This document shows, piece by piece, positions 60,794 through 64,000 of a DNA stretch of 64,000 nucleotides. The notes beneath the pieces are model-generated. The model was not told where the DNA came from. It did not search any database and was given only the letters and a program-made list of their open reading frames with translations. The stretch's first letter is position 1; each line of letters begins with the position of its first letter. A program made the translations under genes and the position numbers. This DNA is from an uncultured Phycisphaerales bacterium (GTDB lineage: Bacteria; Planctomycetota; Phycisphaerae; Sedimentisphaerales; Anaerobacaceae), in assembly GCA_963718665.1 (NCBI GenBank), contig OY970359.1:2528001-2592000 (forward strand). Reading direction: 5' to 3'.

Positions 60794-62146
60794 TTAGTAT
60801 TGATGTGCCGGATGCAGTCCGATTAGGAAGTCCGCCTGAAGCCATATCTCATTTCTGTTTACATTGCCCGCGAAATTATCACCGTCGGTATGCTCGAACT
60901 GCAATCGCCAGAACATAAATTCGCTCTGGTGAAACGTCAGGCCCGTCGTGTAAGAAGTTTCATGCAAACGGCTGCTATCGGGAAACTGTGTATAATCGTA
61001 TCGTCCGAATACGCTCCATTCCCTGTTGAACTGATATTCCAGCGAGCTGTACATACCGTGTGAGTTCACCGTGTCCTTGTCGCCTTCTTCCTTCTGACTG
61101 AACAAAATTTCGTTCATCCACGTCAGCGATTTGTAAAGGCCATATTGCGGGTCCCGCCATTTGTAGGTCAAATCCAGCCCTTCCACGTTTGACCGGTGTC
61201 CTCCGTTGGTGTTTGCATCATTGTCGCCTGTCGCGAAACTTTCCCCGACCTCGATGCTTGAGCTCCTGTCCAAATCGAAAAAGTTTTTCAGGTGCGTAAC
61301 ATACATCAAACTGTGCGCCTCGTCCCCGGCAAACATTGCGTCGTTGCCGTTGTTTTGCAAATCAAACGTAAGCTGCATATAATTGTCCCACGGGTTAGGC
61401 ACCAACCACGAAATTTCACCGCCGCCGTCGTTCAATCCTTCTTCGCCGAAGAATTTCCTGATTACGTTGGGCCTGTCAACCCAGGGCATCGCGTGGGTAT
61501 GAAACGTATTGGCTTTTCCGAAAACCGAGTAGAATTTGCCGAACCTTGCCTGAAGGTCGTATGGCAGGTCTGTGTATGTGAAATATCCTTCTTCAATATC
61601 AGGGCTATAGGAGCCGTCATCCTGCCTCTCTATGCTTAGAATTAAATCCGCACGCCCGTATGGGTCAACAGGACTGGAAAACCCGAATTCAACTTCCCTG
61701 AGTTGCGCCTTTGCGGTCTTGCTGGCTGCTATAGTATCAGGCGTTTCGCCTCTCGGCGTCGGCCCTCCGTGAAAAATAAAATCGCCTATTGCCGAAATAT
61801 CAGGGTTAGAACTCTGAGGTATGCTCGCTGGGCTTTCCTTATTTTCAGCATGCGCTGCAACCGGCAATGGGGTCTGATTGGGTTCAACAGGCCTTGCCTG
61901 CACGGGAGCAGCGGGGGGCGGGGCCACATTACTGCGTTTAAGAAGGTCGATTTCTTCTCTAAGCAATTTTATCTCTTCGGTGTGCCTTTCATTTGCGTCC
62001 TTCATTTGCTGTCGAAGCTCAGTTACCTGCTGCCGGAGGGATTGCATATCGGCATTGGCTGCATCGCCTTGTTCTGCTCGGCCAACGCCGGCAAATAGCA
62101 GGATTGTCAAAAAACAGAAACCATACTTGATGGCTCGTGTATTCAT
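60794..62146 (-). CDS. Outer-membrane beta-barrel protein (coiled coil plus barrel) of metal-uptake operons
   Basis: Signal peptide, coiled coil, NPDIS.IGD, EVE.GF..PVDPY, HTHAMPW, C-terminal GLHPAHQY. Confidence 0.8.
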   Translation of the reverse strand: MNTRAIKYGFCFLTILLFAGVGRAEQGDAANADMQSLRQQVTELRQQMKDANERHTEEIKLLREEIDLLKRSNVAPPPAAPVQARPVEPNQTPLPVAAHAENKESPASIPQSSNPDISAIGDFIFHGGPTPRGETPDTIAASKTAKAQLREVEFGFSSPVDPYGRADLILSIERQDDGSYSPDIEEGYFTYTDLPYDLQARFGKFYSVFGKANTFHTHAMPWVDRPNVIRKFFGEEGLNDGGGEISWLVPNPWDNYMQLTFDLQNNGNDAMFAGDEAHSLMYVTHLKNFFDLDRSSSIEVGESFATGDNDANTNGGHRSNVEGLDLTYKWRDPQYGLYKSLTWMNEILFSQKEEGDKDTVNSHGMYSSLEYQFNREWSVFGRYDYTQFPDSSRLHETSYTTGLTFHQSEFMFWRLQFEHTDGDNFAGNVNRNEIWLQADFLIGLHPAHQY

Positions 62147-62237
62147 TTGTCTGTCTCCGTAAATCCATTGGATAATAGAAAGTCCCCGCTGCTGCCAATG
62201 GTCTTGGCGGGAAAAATAAATGTGGTATTAACCTGGA

Positions 62238-62543
62238 TTAGGAGACAACCGGCGGGGCACGCGGGCCTAAGAGACCCGGCATTGAAATCGCTGGCGCGAC
62301 TTCGATATGAAATATCAAACTCTGTTCGCAAACAGGATACTGGCTAATCACTGTTTGTTCTTCGACCGTTATACTATGGGGCAGCGAAAGCAACTGCTGG
62401 CAAATCGGGCATTCGTGTTCATCGTGCCCCGCGTGGTGCTCTTCACATAAAAGATGTATGAACAACAGGGCCTGTGTCGCAAGCAGCGAGAATAGCAGCG
62501 TCGTTGTCAATATCAGTATCGTTCTCGTTGTTTTGCTCATCAT
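62238..62543 (-). CDS. DUF2946-like leader protein (TM helix, His-rich CxxC, C-terminal RAPP)
   Basis: MMSK..hydrophobic helix..HLLCEEHHAGHDEHECPICQ...GPRAPPVVS*. Confidence 0.8.
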   Translation of the reverse strand: MMSKTTRTILILTTTLLFSLLATQALLFIHLLCEEHHAGHDEHECPICQQLLSLPHSITVEEQTVISQYPVCEQSLIFHIEVAPAISMPGLLGPRAPPVVS

Positions 62544-62551
62544 AGATGTTC

Positions 62552-62974
62552 CTATGCGCATTTCGGACACAAACCTTCTAATCGCACCTGCTGCCGATGT
62601 ATCACAAAACCAGCCGGTGCGCTTGTCGCCATTGAAACCGACACGTCGTGCAGGCAACTTGTCCTGCCGCAGCCCGTGCATACAAAGTGCGGATGGCACT
62701 GATGTTTCGTGCATTTGTCTGCAAGCTCATAATACTGGCTTCGTTTTCCGACAAACGCCTTATGCACCAGGCCGGATACGACCATATTTTCCAGTGTTCG
62801 ATACACCGTTACACGGTTCGGGCCAGTTTTACCGATTGCCGAGAAAATCTCGTCAGCCGTCTGTGGCTTCGCCGCGTTCAACAAAACCTCAAGAACCATT
62901 CTCCTCGGCTTCGTCTTTTTCAGCTTTGCCGAATTAAGAAGATTGTCTATTCTTTCTTTTAACTGCGATTTCAT
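62552..62974 (-). CDS. Fur-family regulator (Zur-like)
   Basis: TKPRRMVL, TVYRTL, HPHFVCTGCG, EGLCPKC. Confidence 0.92.
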   Translation of the reverse strand: MKSQLKERIDNLLNSAKLKKTKPRRMVLEVLLNAAKPQTADEIFSAIGKTGPNRVTVYRTLENMVVSGLVHKAFVGKRSQYYELADKCTKHQCHPHFVCTGCGRTSCLHDVSVSMATSAPAGFVIHRQQVRLEGLCPKCA

Positions 62975-63024
62975 TGTTTCTTTCTCCACCGTTCAAATTG
63001 TCAACCAACCAGGCCGAAGACGGT

Positions 63025-63750
63025 CTAAACAAATCTGGTCACAAGGAAAATGAATAACAGGCCTGCTGCGGTAAGACCAATCATTTTCATGGAAGAATGT
63101 TTGCTGTGCGCCTCTGGCAGGATGTCGCTCGCGCCAATATACATCAGGAAACCCCCGAAAAAGCCCAGATATAAAACGAGGTAATAAGGCGGCAGGGTGA
63201 AAAGCAGCGTCGAAGCGGCCCCCATAATCGGGGTCAGGGAATCGAGTAATAGAAATAATTTGGCTCTTCGGGGACTGTTTTTGTTCACTAATACTAATGT
63301 GACCGTGTTCATACCATCCGTGAAATCGTGAGATATGACTGCGATAGCGACCAGGATGCCGGTTGAAGAGCCGGCCTGAAAACCCAGGCCGATACCGACG
63401 CCGTCCATGAAACTGTGGCCTGCCAGGGCAAGGGCCGAAAGGATTCCCACCTGTGGATGCTTGTGGTCGGCGTATTCTTCTTCGTGGGCGTGGTGAATCA
63501 GGATGGTTTTTTCAAGGACGTGGAAAATTATATAGCCGGCCACAAAAGCAATCATCGCCCCTATCGGGTCAAAATTATGCTCTTTGACCTCGTTTATTAT
63601 TTCCGGCATAATGTCAAAACTGAAAACGCCGACAAGTACCCCCGCGGTGAAGCACATAATGGTGTGCAGTTTGTCCTTGAATTTAATCGAGAACAATCCG
63701 CCGAAAAAAGTGGAGAAAAACGTTGCGATCGAAAATATAACAGCTTCCAT
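63025..63750 (-). CDS. ZIP-family metal transporter
   Basis: FTAGVL, HHAHEEEYADHKH loop, HSFMDG, HDFTDG, DILPEAH. Confidence 0.92.
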   Translation of the reverse strand: MEAVIFSIATFFSTFFGGLFSIKFKDKLHTIMCFTAGVLVGVFSFDIMPEIINEVKEHNFDPIGAMIAFVAGYIIFHVLEKTILIHHAHEEEYADHKHPQVGILSALALAGHSFMDGVGIGLGFQAGSSTGILVAIAVISHDFTDGMNTVTLVLVNKNSPRRAKLFLLLDSLTPIMGAASTLLFTLPPYYLVLYLGFFGGFLMYIGASDILPEAHSKHSSMKMIGLTAAGLLFIFLVTRFV

Positions 63751-63770
63751 AAATATGTCCTTTCGCGTTG

Positions 63771-64000
63771 CTAATGGCGACGGTTTTGAAACGGTTTTTG
63801 AAAGAAACCCATGATTTTCAGCCAAATAGCTTTACACATCGCCGAGAGTGAAACAAATATAAATCCTATAAATGCACCCACCCCAAATCCAACAGGACAT
63901 GCAGGTTTGCCGCAGAAGGGGCAGACAGAAGATACTGAATATAATGCGCTAATCATAAGCCACCATCGTAAAAAGGAAGAACGGTATATCTTTTTTAGTG
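63771..64000 (-). CDS. Small membrane protein with a CPFCGKPACP motif; 5' end outside the window
   Basis: Frame stays open to the window edge (..LKKIYRSSFLRWWLMISALYSVSSVCPFCGKPACPVG + TM); lies in the metal-uptake operon. Confidence 0.55.
   Translation of the reverse strand, partial: LKKIYRSSFLRWWLMISALYSVSSVCPFCGKPACPVGFGVGAFIGFIFVSLSAMCKAIWLKIMGFFQKPFQNRRH

Noticed and set aside
62544..62714. Upstream extension of the RAPP ORF to 158 aa
   Set aside because: It overlaps the fur gene; the ATGs at 62543/62540 directly precede the signal/TM segment.

Overview
A 64-kb, mostly core-genome segment. It most likely comes from a Planctomycetota bacterium (Phycisphaerae/Sedimentisphaerales-like), inferred from a short ~109-nt 5S rRNA, a 23S-5S unit with no linked 16S, an H-X9-DG domain protein and a dockerin-like tail. 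Contents in order: a GT-C/GT2/TMTC-like glycosylation cluster; polA-dapL-folK/dNK-panC-panD-lgt; an ECF module; a complete Pho locus (phoBR, porin, pstSCAB-phoU) with five arrays of 11-bp-period YTAACA boxes; a tRNA-Ile/tRNA-Ala/23S/5S unit; a second ECF module; an IS5-family element; a large Kelch-like surface protein; a DtxR-feoAB unit; a nucleotide-sugar operon with a NusG paralogue; and a Fur/Zur metal-uptake operon. Most unusual observations: (i) a 27-codon ORF with its own Pho boxes that is just a signal peptide plus a copy of the neighbouring porin's C-terminal beta-signal; (ii) a CxxC/His-rich RAPP leader peptide whose last codons can pair with the Shine-Dalgarno of the next metal-uptake gene; (iii) 18-42-bp REP-like micro-insertions sitting in frame inside conserved enzymes, with DSTSSPQA occurring in two unrelated proteins; (iv) a Pho-box-preceded structured leader with a minimal ORF ahead of a cheW-like gene; (v) a long hairpin insertion in the 23S rRNA. 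Four conserved genes carry 1-2-nt frameshifts, probably consensus errors. No CRISPR array was seen. All calls come from reading the sequence; no database searches were run.
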